DNA of 64,000 nucleotides from an uncultured virus (IMG/VR IMGVR_UViG_3300028840_008158) (taxonomy: Duplodnaviria > Heunggongvirae > Uroviricota > Caudoviricetes). Location: the IMG/VR virus record IMGVR_UViG_3300028840_008158, one strand, 5' to 3'. The position numbers and the translations under genes were made by a program. Below are positions 33,596 through 42,977 of this stretch, piece after piece. The notes below the pieces were generated by a model. It ran no database searches, had not been told where the DNA came from, and was given only the letters and a program-made list of their open reading frames with translations. Each line of letters begins with the position of its first letter. The stretch's first letter is position 1.

Positions 33596-35041
33596 TCATA
33601 CGCCGTTGGCGTAAGCCTTTCTCAAGCCTTCGGTATTGACTGATTGCACGTCCTTCAGGACTTCCCCGACCTGCCTGGGATGCGTCCTGTGCCATAACAA
33701 CACGTCGGGCACGTTCGCTATCCTCACCCCCTTCCGTATCGCCCGGGTCCACAACTCGTAGTCTTCCACGGCCTTGTAGCGGTCCGACTCGTCGTACGCG
33801 CCGACCATCTCCACGACGCGGCGACGCATCATGACGGTCGGGTGGCCGACGCAGCATTTCTCCTTCATGCCCTCCTCGACGTCCTCCGGGTACGTCGGCA
33901 GGTCCCGGTTGTCCCACACGATGGTCGACATGTTTGAGTTCATCGACAGGAACCCGGTCCCTAGGACGCCGATGTCGCGGTTTTGGTCGAGGAACTCGAC
34001 CTGCCTGGAGAAGCGCCCCGGCAGGCATTTGTCGTCCGCGTCCATCCTCGCCACGTACTCGCATCGGCAGAACAGCAGTCCCCGGTTGAGGGCTCGCGTC
34101 ACGCCGTTCCCTCCCCCGTCGACGATCCTGATCCTCTTTCCACAGGCTTCCTCGGCGATCCTCCTGGAATCGTCCGTCGAGCCGTCGTCGACGGCGATGA
34201 TCTCGAAGTCCTGGAAGTCCTGGCCCATGACGCTTTCGAGCGCCTCGCGGATATGTTCGCTCTCGTCGCGGAAGGGCAACAACACGGCGACCCTCGGGAC
34301 GTGGAGGTATTGCCGGTCATCCTCGGTCAGCTTGCATCTCTGGTTGGCGGCGAGGTACTTGAGCCTTTTCTCCACGACGTCCCGCCACATGCAGGCCATG
34401 GAGTACGCGTACTGGTTGCAATCGGTGAGGTTGACGGGCGAGTCGCGGTAGATGACGTTGGTCACGGCGTCCACCTTCGGGGGCGGACCGTAGGCCAGGA
34501 ACATCCTCCCCCAGAAGTCCCAGTCCTCGATGCGCAGCACCGACTCGTCCCAGCCGCCGACCACGTCGGCGCAACGACGCCAGTGCATGAAGCTGGAGAC
34601 CGGCGCGATGTTCTGCCTCAGGAGGGCCGTCCCGTCGTAGTAAGCCTTGTTCGGGTCCTTGTTGGAGGGCTCCGGGTCCTCCGTCTCGCTGCCGTCGCGG
34701 TGCTTGTAGAGGGCGCGGGAGAAGGCGAAGGGGAAGCCGTTAAGCAGCTTTTGAGACAGGAGCTCGACGTGGTTGGGAAGCAGCTCGTCGTCGTCGTCGA
34801 GGTAGCAGACGGCGTCGACGTACGACGGAAGGGCCTTGAGGCCGACGTTACGGGCCGCCGGCAGGCCGATCCTTCCCTTGGTCTTGGAGAGGACGACTCG
34901 AGAGCCCCACTTGTTATTGATCGGGTTCAGGCCGTCGTCGACGAGCGATATCAGGGCGTCCTGGCGCAACGCGCTCTCGACGGCCCGGGACAATATCTCC
35001 GGGGGCCGGTCACAGGTGGTAATTATGATGCCGCATTTCAT
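33596..35041 (-). CDS. tandem GT2-GT2 glycosyltransferase
   Basis: two GT-A domains: VDDG/YLDDDD/EDWDF and VDDGSTD/RMDADD/EDYEL. Confidence 0.92.
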   Translation of the reverse strand: MKCGIIITTCDRPPEILSRAVESALRQDALISLVDDGLNPINNKWGSRVVLSKTKGRIGLPAARNVGLKALPSYVDAVCYLDDDDELLPNHVELLSQKLLNGFPFAFSRALYKHRDGSETEDPEPSNKDPNKAYYDGTALLRQNIAPVSSFMHWRRCADVVGGWDESVLRIEDWDFWGRMFLAYGPPPKVDAVTNVIYRDSPVNLTDCNQYAYSMACMWRDVVEKRLKYLAANQRCKLTEDDRQYLHVPRVAVLLPFRDESEHIREALESVMGQDFQDFEIIAVDDGSTDDSRRIAEEACGKRIRIVDGGGNGVTRALNRGLLFCRCEYVARMDADDKCLPGRFSRQVEFLDQNRDIGVLGTGFLSMNSNMSTIVWDNRDLPTYPEDVEEGMKEKCCVGHPTVMMRRRVVEMVGAYDESDRYKAVEDYELWTRAIRKGVRIANVPDVLLWHRTHPRQVGEVLKDVQSVNTEGLRKAYANGV

Positions 35042-35112
35042 TGGTAAAGCCCGTTCACGCTCATAGAATTCTTTTGCGAGTTCGGGCCCTTAATTCCTTC
35101 AAGGCTGCTTTC

Positions 35113-36174
35113 TCATTTCTCCTCCGGGAACTTGATCGTAAGGCCATCTTTTGGATGGACGTATCCCGTCGAGGTGGCGGAATACATGCATCCGCAGGGT
35201 TTGATCTTCCCGAATCCGGTGCATCCGCCCGGCATGACCTCGGCCGAGTTGCCGTGCTCGCAGGTCACGACGGTCGGCCTCCCGACGTACCACCTGTAGG
35301 TCGTGGCGAGGGCGTCCCGGAACGGCGTCTTGGCCTCCCAGCCGATGGCCTTCTTGGCCTTGGAGACGTCGAGGCACCTGCGGGGCTGGCCGTTCGGCCT
35401 GGTGTCGTCCCAGACGATCTTTCCCTCGTATCCGACGAGCGCCTTGATCTCCATCGCCAGGTCGCGCATGGAAATCTCCTTGCCGGAGCCGATGTTGATG
35501 GGCTCCGGTGACTCGTACTTCTCCGTGGCGATGGCGATGGCCTCGGCGGCGTCCTCCACGTAGAGGAATTCCCGCGTGGGCGTCCCGTCCCCCCAGAGGA
35601 CGACCTCCGGGTCCTCGTTGTTCTTGGCCTCGTGGAACTTTCGCATCATCGCGGGGATGACGTGGCTGTTCTCGAGATCGAAGTGGTCATGCGGACCGAA
35701 CAGGTTGACGATCATGAGCGTTACGGCGTTCAGCCCGTATTGCTCGCGGTAACCCTGGCCGAGGACCATGATGAGCTTCTTGGCCAGCCCGTACGGGGCG
35801 TTGGTCTCCTCGGGGTAGCCGTCCCAGAGGTTCTCCTCCTTGAAGGGGACGGGCGTGAACTTCGGGTAGGAGCAGATCGTCGAGGCTATGACGACCTTCT
35901 TGACGCTTTGCTTGCGGCAACACTCGACGACGTTGGCTCCCATCATGAGGTTGTCATAGCAGAACTTCCCGGGGTTCTTCCGGTTGGCCCCGATGCCTCC
36001 CACCTGGGCGGCGAGATGGATCACGACGTCGGGGTTGTAGGTCCAGAACATCTTCTCGCAGTCTTGCTGGCTGACGAGGTCGAAGTCCGAGGAACCGGGG
36101 CAGATGGCTTTCGGGAATCGCTCCCGCAGGGCTTTACCTAGGAATCCGTTTCCGCCGGTTATCAGCACGTTCAT
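35113..36174 (-). CDS. fcl: GDP-L-fucose synthase
   Basis: ITGGNGFLG, AAQVGGIGAN, YGLAK, SHVIPAM, WGDGTPTREFLYV. Confidence 0.93.
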   Translation of the reverse strand: MNVLITGGNGFLGKALRERFPKAICPGSSDFDLVSQQDCEKMFWTYNPDVVIHLAAQVGGIGANRKNPGKFCYDNLMMGANVVECCRKQSVKKVVIASTICSYPKFTPVPFKEENLWDGYPEETNAPYGLAKKLIMVLGQGYREQYGLNAVTLMIVNLFGPHDHFDLENSHVIPAMMRKFHEAKNNEDPEVVLWGDGTPTREFLYVEDAAEAIAIATEKYESPEPINIGSGKEISMRDLAMEIKALVGYEGKIVWDDTRPNGQPRRCLDVSKAKKAIGWEAKTPFRDALATTYRWYVGRPTVVTCEHGNSAEVMPGGCTGFGKIKPCGCMYSATSTGYVHPKDGLTIKFPEEK

Positions 36175-36365
36175 GTCCGGTTCTCCCGCCCGCTCGTGTT
36201 TTTGACGGGCTTCTCGTATTCTGCCGTCTCGTATCCCGCGGTGAGGACGCGTTCTTTTTCCCATTGGTTGTCGAACGCTTGTATGGTCGCCATGGGGACG
36301 CAGCCGCATTTGAGAGCGCCGTTGATTTTGAGGCTAAGCGTATGGTACAGTTCGACATGTCGCAT
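36171..36365 (-). CDS. small hypothetical protein
   Basis: fills the gap; ATGA overlap with fcl. Confidence 0.35.
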   Translation of the reverse strand: MRHVELYHTLSLKINGALKCGCVPMATIQAFDNQWEKERVLTAGYETAEYEKPVKNTSGRENRT

Positions 36366-36387
36366 TTAAGACGATCCTCCCAGCGGA

Positions 36388-37170
36388 TCATACGGGGAGC
36401 GCGAGGTAGTCGTTGCCCAGGTGAACCTTGAAAATACGAGCAACGTCCTTCATGGCCGGCAATTCCCTCAGGGACGTTCTCCCCCATGGCATTTCGCCTG
36501 ACAGGAATCGGACGCCACCGTAGGAGGAATGAATCCCCATTTGGAGGGTCGCCCCGAGGTAGAACAACTCCTGAAGCCGCCTAGGGGTTATGCCCTCGAG
36601 GGGAAACAAGTCCTCCTTGACGAAGAAGCAATTGATGACGTTGAAACAAACGAGCTTGTAGCCCTTTTCCTTGGCCAGCAACGACAGGCTGAGGGCGCTG
36701 TTGCCGATGTCGAGTCCCTTTTTCTGGACGAACTCGACGTTGGGAGGGAAGGTATAATTACTCTCCACGACGACAAGCCTGGGCTCGTACCGCTTCATCC
36801 CTTCCCAGATGGCGTGTTCGTCGCCGTCAACGTCGAGGGAGAATAAGTCCAGGTCGACTGGAGCCCCTGCATGTTCTAGGACGTCGTCCATCTCGCCAGG
36901 CTTGACCCTCTGGTTGATCGTGACGGTTCTCGGGAAGGGCGTACAGTTCTTCCTGAGCTCGGCCAGCTTCTCCTTGTCGGCCTCTATCAACGCGGCGTTC
37001 CATCCTTGCTTTATGAGCCTTCTCGTGTTGCTGAGCCAAACCCCGTCCCACGCCCCGATCTCGCAGCACCAACGGTTCTTCGCGCCGACGATTTCGAGGA
37101 GTTTCTCGATGATGCCGTCCTCTCCGAACTGGCTGTGTACGTCTTTCCTGAAGTCGATTAGGTCGTTCAT
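36388..37170 (-). CDS. FkbM-like SAM methyltransferase
   Basis: SQFGEDG, EIGAWDG..LSNT, SLDVDG. Confidence 0.85.
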   Translation of the reverse strand: MNDLIDFRKDVHSQFGEDGIIEKLLEIVGAKNRWCCEIGAWDGVWLSNTRRLIKQGWNAALIEADKEKLAELRKNCTPFPRTVTINQRVKPGEMDDVLEHAGAPVDLDLFSLDVDGDEHAIWEGMKRYEPRLVVVESNYTFPPNVEFVQKKGLDIGNSALSLSLLAKEKGYKLVCFNVINCFFVKEDLFPLEGITPRRLQELFYLGATLQMGIHSSYGGVRFLSGEMPWGRTSLRELPAMKDVARIFKVHLGNDYLALPV

Positions 37171-37228
37171 GTCGTGTTCTCCGAGGAATCAGGACGCCGC
37201 TGTTGAATCAATGTTATAGGAGAGGAAC

Positions 37229-37768
37229 ATGATCAACGTCATGGTTCTTGGCGCCGAACATTCCTGTACTCGGATTATATGCGGGTTCCTTCATCGTCAC
37301 CCCGACGCGGGCAAGATCGCCCACGTCTCGATGCCTTCGTCCAAGGGATCGTTCGGAGACTTGGAGGAAATCTGGAAGAAGTATTCCATTGAAAAGGTAG
37401 TGCTGGTCACCCGGGACCGGTCGGCCAACGGGTTGTCGATGATGCGCTTCTCCAGCATGAAGGAATCCAAGGGCAAGGAGCTAGCTGGAAAACCGGCGGC
37501 AGCAGCCACCGACTTTGCCATATCCAAGATGAAGCCGTTCCTGGACAACCACCAGAAGGACGTCGTCGTCGTCAACATCGAGTCCCTCTTTCAACACAAG
37601 AAGCTGGTTCTCAGGCAGACATTCTCCCTGCTGGGATTGAACCCCAATGTCTACCCATATGACAAGGAGGGCAAGGTCACGGTCGGCTGGTTTACGGTTG
37701 ATCTCAAGGTTTACGATCCCAACGAAAAGTACTTCGAGGGCAAGAAGTGGCCAGAGGCGATGGGGTAA
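37229..37768 (+). CDS. sulfotransferase-like P-loop protein
   Basis: VLGAEHSCT...LHRHP, LVTRD...S; paralog of 38274-38801. Confidence 0.55.
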   Translation: MINVMVLGAEHSCTRIICGFLHRHPDAGKIAHVSMPSSKGSFGDLEEIWKKYSIEKVVLVTRDRSANGLSMMRFSSMKESKGKELAGKPAAAATDFAISKMKPFLDNHQKDVVVVNIESLFQHKKLVLRQTFSLLGLNPNVYPYDKEGKVTVGWFTVDLKVYDPNEKYFEGKKWPEAMG

Positions 37769-38289
37769 CAGTTTGGATGACCGGCCTGAGCGGGTCCGGC
37801 AAGTCCACCATATCGGACAAGGCTACGAGCCTTTCCCGGCAGCGGGGCATGCCCTGCGTCCAGCTAGACGGAGACATAATCCGAAAGGGGCTCTGCGGGG
37901 ACTTGGGGTTCTCCCCCGAGGACAGAAAAGAAAACATCCGCCGGGTGGCCGAGGTCGCCAAGCTCTTCAACCAAGAAGGCTATTGCGTCATCGTCTCGCT
38001 CATCTCCCCCATGAAGGAAGACAGGGAGAACGCGAGGAGGATCATCGGGAAAGGCTCGTTCTTGGAGGTGTACATCAGTACGCCATTGGATATTTGCGAA
38101 AGCCGGGACGTCAAGGGCCTTTACAAGAAGGCAAGGAGCGGCATTATCCCTCAGTTCACGGGGCTTACCGCCCCATACGAGCCCCCGGACTGTCCCGACC
38201 TTAAATTGGACACGAGCAAGATGAGCCTCCAAGAGGAGGCCGAGAGGGTCGTCATGTCCATCTCGGAGCACCAATGCAAATTAGGCTAA
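37747..38289 (+). CDS. cysC: adenylyl-sulfate (APS) kinase
   Basis: TGLSGSGKST, LDGD.IR, DLGFS.EDR.ENIRR, RDVKGLY, FTG..APYE.P. Confidence 0.95.
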   Translation: MARGDGVTVWMTGLSGSGKSTISDKATSLSRQRGMPCVQLDGDIIRKGLCGDLGFSPEDRKENIRRVAEVAKLFNQEGYCVIVSLISPMKEDRENARRIIGKGSFLEVYISTPLDICESRDVKGLYKKARSGIIPQFTGLTAPYEPPDCPDLKLDTSKMSLQEEAERVVMSISEHQCKLG

Positions 38290-38801
38290 TGGTAGTCGGC
38301 GTAGAGCATTCCTGTACGAGGCTTGTTACGGGGCTGATGAAGGTTCATCCCCAAGTCTCGCTCATCATCCACAAGTCCGTACCCGCACAAACATCATGGC
38401 CCCATCTGGATAAGATATGGCAAGAAAATCAAATAGGCAAGATTGTCCTCGTAACCAGGGACAGATGTTCAAACGACATGTCCTACCTGCGAAGCTCCAG
38501 TGTTGCGCTCATGTGCGGCAAACAGCTTGCTGGGAAGCCTCTTGGAACTGGTTCGGACATCGCCCGGTCCCACCTCGCCCCATTCATCAACTCGCACGAG
38601 GAGGACGTCATCGTCGTAAGTATGGAAAGCCTCGTCCAACACAAGGAGCTGACATTACGCCAGGCGTTCAGGCTTTTGGGGATGGACGAGGATGGATACG
38701 ACTACGACAGGTCAGACTCCGTATGGCACGACTGGTTCGCCGTCAACTTGGCCATAAAGGACCCGAACCTGAAGTACTACGACCAGCATTGGCCTCAGTG
38801 A
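38274..38801 (+). CDS. sulfotransferase-like P-loop protein
   Basis: VVGVEHSCT...HP, LVTRD...S; paralog of 37229-37768. Confidence 0.55.
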   Translation: MQIRLMVVGVEHSCTRLVTGLMKVHPQVSLIIHKSVPAQTSWPHLDKIWQENQIGKIVLVTRDRCSNDMSYLRSSSVALMCGKQLAGKPLGTGSDIARSHLAPFINSHEEDVIVVSMESLVQHKELTLRQAFRLLGMDEDGYDYDRSDSVWHDWFAVNLAIKDPNLKYYDQHWPQ

Positions 38802-39346
38802 TAACCATGTTCCTCCTGCCAAACCGAGAACCGGTTTTGTATCTCTAGGGATTCTTGCTCGGTAAGGGGAGCCAAGCACATCGGGTCGTTGCTCGTTATG
38901 TGGTTCCAGTGCATCAGGGTCGTCGGGTCGTATCCCTGCGCCGGAAGCCTAATCTTTTCCAGCTCCGCTAACACTTCTTGGGGATCGTTGTTGCCGGATA
39001 GGGAATCGTCCAACTTTTTGATCATGGCCTTTGGGCTTGCCACCATATCCTCGTATTTCATGTCCATGACTAACTTCTCGTGCTTGCACCACCAAGGATG
39101 CCATTGGACTACCTCGTCTAAGCCCTTCCATACTTCGGGCCACCCGTAATCAGGCAGGTTCCCCCACTTCCTCCACAGGGAGGCGGCTATCCTTCTTAAA
39201 TCCCGATGGGAAGTAAGTACCGCGTCAAACTCGTCGGGCATCGGAGGATGTGTTTTGATGACCTTGGCTTTGGGAAACATGATCCGCAGGGCATTGAACA
39301 TCCAAGTGGAACCCGACCTGTAGGATCCGGCGCAGCATATCTTCAT
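38795..39346 (-). CDS. sulfotransferase family protein
   Basis: GSYRSGSTW (5'-PSB loop), KTH, HRD....AS, KYED. Confidence 0.75.
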   Translation of the reverse strand: MKICCAGSYRSGSTWMFNALRIMFPKAKVIKTHPPMPDEFDAVLTSHRDLRRIAASLWRKWGNLPDYGWPEVWKGLDEVVQWHPWWCKHEKLVMDMKYEDMVASPKAMIKKLDDSLSGNNDPQEVLAELEKIRLPAQGYDPTTLMHWNHITSNDPMCLAPLTEQESLEIQNRFSVWQEEHGYH

Positions 39347-40041
39347 CGTCGTTCCCTGTCCGCTACGACCCCTAGCTGGTCGCCGCACACGTAGCCCGGA
39401 CCTCCCACCGCCTCGAAGGTTCTGACGACGTTCCAGCCAAGCCTCTCGATCATCTCCTTGGTCTGGGACGAGGACAACGGCACGTCATGATGACCGTCGT
39501 CCCGGTGGTGGGCATGACTGAGCTCGGACCAGAAATAGAGCCTCGATCCCGGCTTGCCCATGCGCAGCACGGCGTCCAGCAGGGCAATCGGCTCCGGATC
39601 GTGGTCCAAGGCGTTCCTGAAGACGATGACGTCAGCTTGAAGGTCGACCTCCGTGGCTTTCTTGGCCATCATCTCGCATCCATCGAACCAGCTAAACCCA
39701 GGATGTCCCTTCTTCTCGGAGGTCTCGAGGATGAGTTTCTGGTACTCCTCGACGAGCGGGTCCAGCAGGATTCTTCTGGATGCGGACCTCCAGAACGGGA
39801 CGGTCCCGTCACAGCCGCATCCGATGTCGACGCACGTCTTGCCCACGACCTTCCTCGACCAAGATTCGAGCCAGTCGAGGGACTCCGCATGGAATTCGGT
39901 TACCTCCACCCTTCGGGACGATATCTCCGGTATAGATGTTGATACCCACGCCTTGTGGCAGGTTTCCCATGATCCGAGCCATGGGTACGGCCCTTCTATC
40001 CAGCCCTTCCAAAACTTCAGCTCGTCGTCAAGCCCGCTCAT
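39343..40041 (-). CDS. class I SAM methyltransferase
   Basis: VDIGCG, LDPL..Y, NALDH, KPG. Confidence 0.85.
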   Translation of the reverse strand: MSGLDDELKFWKGWIEGPYPWLGSWETCHKAWVSTSIPEISSRRVEVTEFHAESLDWLESWSRKVVGKTCVDIGCGCDGTVPFWRSASRRILLDPLVEEYQKLILETSEKKGHPGFSWFDGCEMMAKKATEVDLQADVIVFRNALDHDPEPIALLDAVLRMGKPGSRLYFWSELSHAHHRDDGHHDVPLSSSQTKEMIERLGWNVVRTFEAVGGPGYVCGDQLGVVADRERR

Positions 40042-40054
40042 TCTTGCTTTCTTT

Positions 40055-40795
40055 CTATTTCAAAAGGCGCTTTATGTCCGCGGGCCAGAAGGCGCCCCAG
40101 TCGCCTTCTTCGTTTCCCAAGGTGCTGCCAAAGTCCTTGGCTAGCATCTTTTCGAGCTCATCCCGATTCTCGATCCCGGCGTATACGTCCCCCTTGTTCG
40201 GCCCTGGGCCGCAAGCATTCCCGTGCGGACGTAAACCTAAAAGCGAGAATATCCTTCGCTCCGCCTCCCGAGTAGGAAGCATGTCGTAGGTAGTTACGGA
40301 CCAGTTTTGGCCAGAGGACGACATGAAGCGGCAAACCTCGACGACCCTGTTTCCGATAGCGACGCAACGCTCGTGGAAATAATTCAAGTCGGCCTTGTCG
40401 AGCTTGCCTTTATTTCTCATATATTCCAAGCTGATGAGGCTGCGGACCAGATTCTTCCTGAAGTGGATGGCTTTCAGGATGTCCCCGTCTGCGAGCAGCT
40501 CGTCCATGGGCTTTCCTACGGCGGCGTTGCCCGCGCTGTGGTTCATGCAGATGGACTTATTACCGAGCCAAGGTATGTCAGGATATTTTTTTCTCATGGC
40601 GTCCAGCAAGTCCCTCGTAAACTGGTGTAGGTTGTTGAACGGGTTCTGGTATTCTACTAACAGCTCCTCCCCTTTACGGGACGCAGGATGTTCGGCTTCG
40701 AGTATACATTTTACTTTCGAATGTTGGTCCAGTCGCCTCGCCAGCTCCATACCGCCACAGCGCATGACACAAGCAACTACGAAGCCCTTTTTCAT
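40055..40795 (-). CDS. Stf0-like sulfotransferase candidate
   Basis: MRCGG..L...LDQH..V.C..E, RKNLVRSLIS. Confidence 0.5.
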   Translation of the reverse strand: MKKGFVVACVMRCGGMELARRLDQHSKVKCILEAEHPASRKGEELLVEYQNPFNNLHQFTRDLLDAMRKKYPDIPWLGNKSICMNHSAGNAAVGKPMDELLADGDILKAIHFRKNLVRSLISLEYMRNKGKLDKADLNYFHERCVAIGNRVVEVCRFMSSSGQNWSVTTYDMLPTREAERRIFSLLGLRPHGNACGPGPNKGDVYAGIENRDELEKMLAKDFGSTLGNEEGDWGAFWPADIKRLLK

Positions 40796-40844
40796 GGGTT
40801 TCCTCCACAGTTTTCCTCTACTTAATTCTACATGATCTCCTTGT

Positions 40845-41534
40845 ATGATGTGGACAAAGGAGGCTGCCAAGATGAGCGGATTGAAGTTTTTGAGGTCAAG
40901 GGCAGAGTACGAGGCGTGCGCCTCCGAGATTTCGAAGAGAGGGCTTATACCCCATTACCAGCCAGTCAAAAACTGGGACTTGATGATGGTGATACCATGC
41001 CTTGGCGACGGAAACATCCTAGACATGGGGAGTACGGACTCCTATGTCCTCCACAACGCGGCCAAGATGAACCTGAAGGGCCAGAGGCACGGCATAGACC
41101 TGCGTCCGGCCTCAAACAAAGCCCCGGGGGCGCAGTACGCCGTCGGGGACATTACCGGCAAGACGCCCTATCCGGGCTCGTTCTTCAACATCATTACGTG
41201 CCTCTCGGTGATCGAGCACGGCGTCGACGTCCCCAAGTGGGCCAAGGAATGCGCTCGCATAGCCGCCCCGAACGCCCTTTTGCTCGTCACCTTCGACTAC
41301 TGGACGCCCAAGATAACTTGGGTTACCGAGCTCAATGGCTTCCCTTGGAATATATTTGACGAGAAGGACGTCCGGGATACCATCCAGGCCATGAGCAAAG
41401 AAGGCTTCGAGATTGAAGGTCCTCAGGACTGGAGCAGCCCGGTTCCGGTAATAGACGCCTCCAATGGGGCACCTCCGCACCTTCCCAATCTGGCGGCGAC
41501 GTTTGGGTTCATGAAGTTCAGGAAGGCAAGATGA
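40845..41534 (+). CDS. class I SAM methyltransferase
   Basis: ILDMGS, GIDL, CLSVIEHG. Confidence 0.85.
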   Translation: MMWTKEAAKMSGLKFLRSRAEYEACASEISKRGLIPHYQPVKNWDLMMVIPCLGDGNILDMGSTDSYVLHNAAKMNLKGQRHGIDLRPASNKAPGAQYAVGDITGKTPYPGSFFNIITCLSVIEHGVDVPKWAKECARIAAPNALLLVTFDYWTPKITWVTELNGFPWNIFDEKDVRDTIQAMSKEGFEIEGPQDWSSPVPVIDASNGAPPHLPNLAATFGFMKFRKAR

Positions 41535-42073
41535 CAGAGGAAACTATTTGCAGAACCCGGCACCTTGAGCTCGTGCGCTCGGAGGAGGGCTGGGAGTTCG
41601 TCCGTCGTCGGAAGGGAGAGTCGGCGGTCGCCGTCGTGGCCGTCACCAACAACGACGAGATCGTCCTCGTGGAGCAGTACCGTCCTCCCGTCAAGAAGAA
41701 CATGATCGAACTGCCGGCTGGCATCATCGGGGATACATGTCCGGGCGAAGAGCCGCTGGACGCAGCAGAGCGAGAGCTAATGGAGGAAACGGGATACGGT
41801 GCTTCTGGTTTCATCGTCCTGAAAAAGACCGGGGAGGCAGCGGGGCTCATCAACGAACCCGTATGGCTCGTCCTTGCGACGGGGCTGACGAAAAAAGGGG
41901 CCGGAGGAGGAACTGACGACGAGAACATCAAGGTGCATACGGTCCCCTTGAAGTCCATGACCTCGTGGCTGGCCTCGAAGTCCAACGAGGGTATGCTCGT
42001 CGACATCAAGATTTATGCCGGGCTCTGGCTAGCGATGCCGTGGCTGCCGGCAACTGGGACAAGAAATGCCTAG
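41531..42073 (+). CDS. NUDIX hydrolase (ADP-ribose pyrophosphatase-like)
   Basis: VEQYRPP, ELPAG...E...AAERELMEETG. Confidence 0.92.
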   Translation: MTEETICRTRHLELVRSEEGWEFVRRRKGESAVAVVAVTNNDEIVLVEQYRPPVKKNMIELPAGIIGDTCPGEEPLDAAERELMEETGYGASGFIVLKKTGEAAGLINEPVWLVLATGLTKKGAGGGTDDENIKVHTVPLKSMTSWLASKSNEGMLVDIKIYAGLWLAMPWLPATGTRNA

Positions 42074-42977
42074 AATTGGCATCTACGCCCCGTGGGCCTC
42101 TGGGGATGCCATCCTGTCTACGATGGCCCTCAAGTACAAGGGTCATTTTTGGCCCGGACATTGCCATTTGGTATGGTTCGTGCTGCCGGAGAAAAGGCAT
42201 TCCCACGCCGCGAGCGCCGACATCGTCGCCCACCAGCCCCTCGTCGACGAGGTTAGGATCGCCTCGGAACCCAGTTCCGAGGTAATCAAGCTCCGGGTCG
42301 GGCACAGGACAAACTCCCAAGGGCACCCTCTCTCGGTTAAGAAGCCCGCTGGCTTGATGGCAGAGACACACAAGCGCATGAAGTCCTTTGCGGACCTGCA
42401 CTACTGCTATTTCCCGGCACCATGGGCCAACTGCGACCGGCTCCAAGGGTTGTTCGCGCTGGCCAGCAATGCCGTGTTCGACTACCCGGAGCCGCCCCAC
42501 CCGTGCCTTGAGTACAGCCCCGAAGAGGACGAGTCTGCCTCTCGCTTCGTCGCCAGCCTGCCCCATGCTCGCAGCGTCATGCTGGAAACCAGATGCGGGT
42601 CGAACCAGAGCAACTGGACGAACGAGACGACGAAGGTTGTCATGGACGCCTGCCGCCGGGAGCTGGGGCCATGCAACTTCATCTTTGCCAGCCCCGGAAG
42701 CAGCCAGGGGCACCAAGCTGATTGCGTGGCGGAATGCGGGGGATTTACCATCCGTCAATGCATCCCCATATACAACAGGTGCGACCTGTTCGTCTCGACC
42801 TCCTCTGCCGTGGCGATAGCGACCTGCTCCTGGTCGGCGAGCCCGGGCGTCAAGCGAGTAGACTATACCAACAATCCGCTCATCACTACGAGGCCCATCG
42901 CCAGGGGACAGACTCGCTGGACGAACGACCAGAACGCAATCCCATCGCTGATCAAGGAGGTCCTTGCTACTTCCTGA
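42066..42977 (+). CDS. GT9-like (GT-B) glycosyltransferase candidate
   Basis: GDAILST, HQPLVDEV, CDLFVSTSSA. Confidence 0.6.
   Translation: MPRIGIYAPWASGDAILSTMALKYKGHFWPGHCHLVWFVLPEKRHSHAASADIVAHQPLVDEVRIASEPSSEVIKLRVGHRTNSQGHPLSVKKPAGLMAETHKRMKSFADLHYCYFPAPWANCDRLQGLFALASNAVFDYPEPPHPCLEYSPEEDESASRFVASLPHARSVMLETRCGSNQSNWTNETTKVVMDACRRELGPCNFIFASPGSSQGHQADCVAECGGFTIRQCIPIYNRCDLFVSTSSAVAIATCSWSASPGVKRVDYTNNPLITTRPIARGQTRWTNDQNAIPSLIKEVLATS

Noticed and set aside
35060..35105. SigH-type late promoter (AGGAATT...GAAT) upstream of the GT2-GT2 gene
   Set aside because: The 20-nt spacing is too long for the SigH consensus, and I could not find a consistent second instance.
37170..42977. Invertible (shufflon-like) segments explaining the strand switches in the glycan island
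   Set aside because: I saw no inverted repeats at the boundaries and there is no recombinase in the window.
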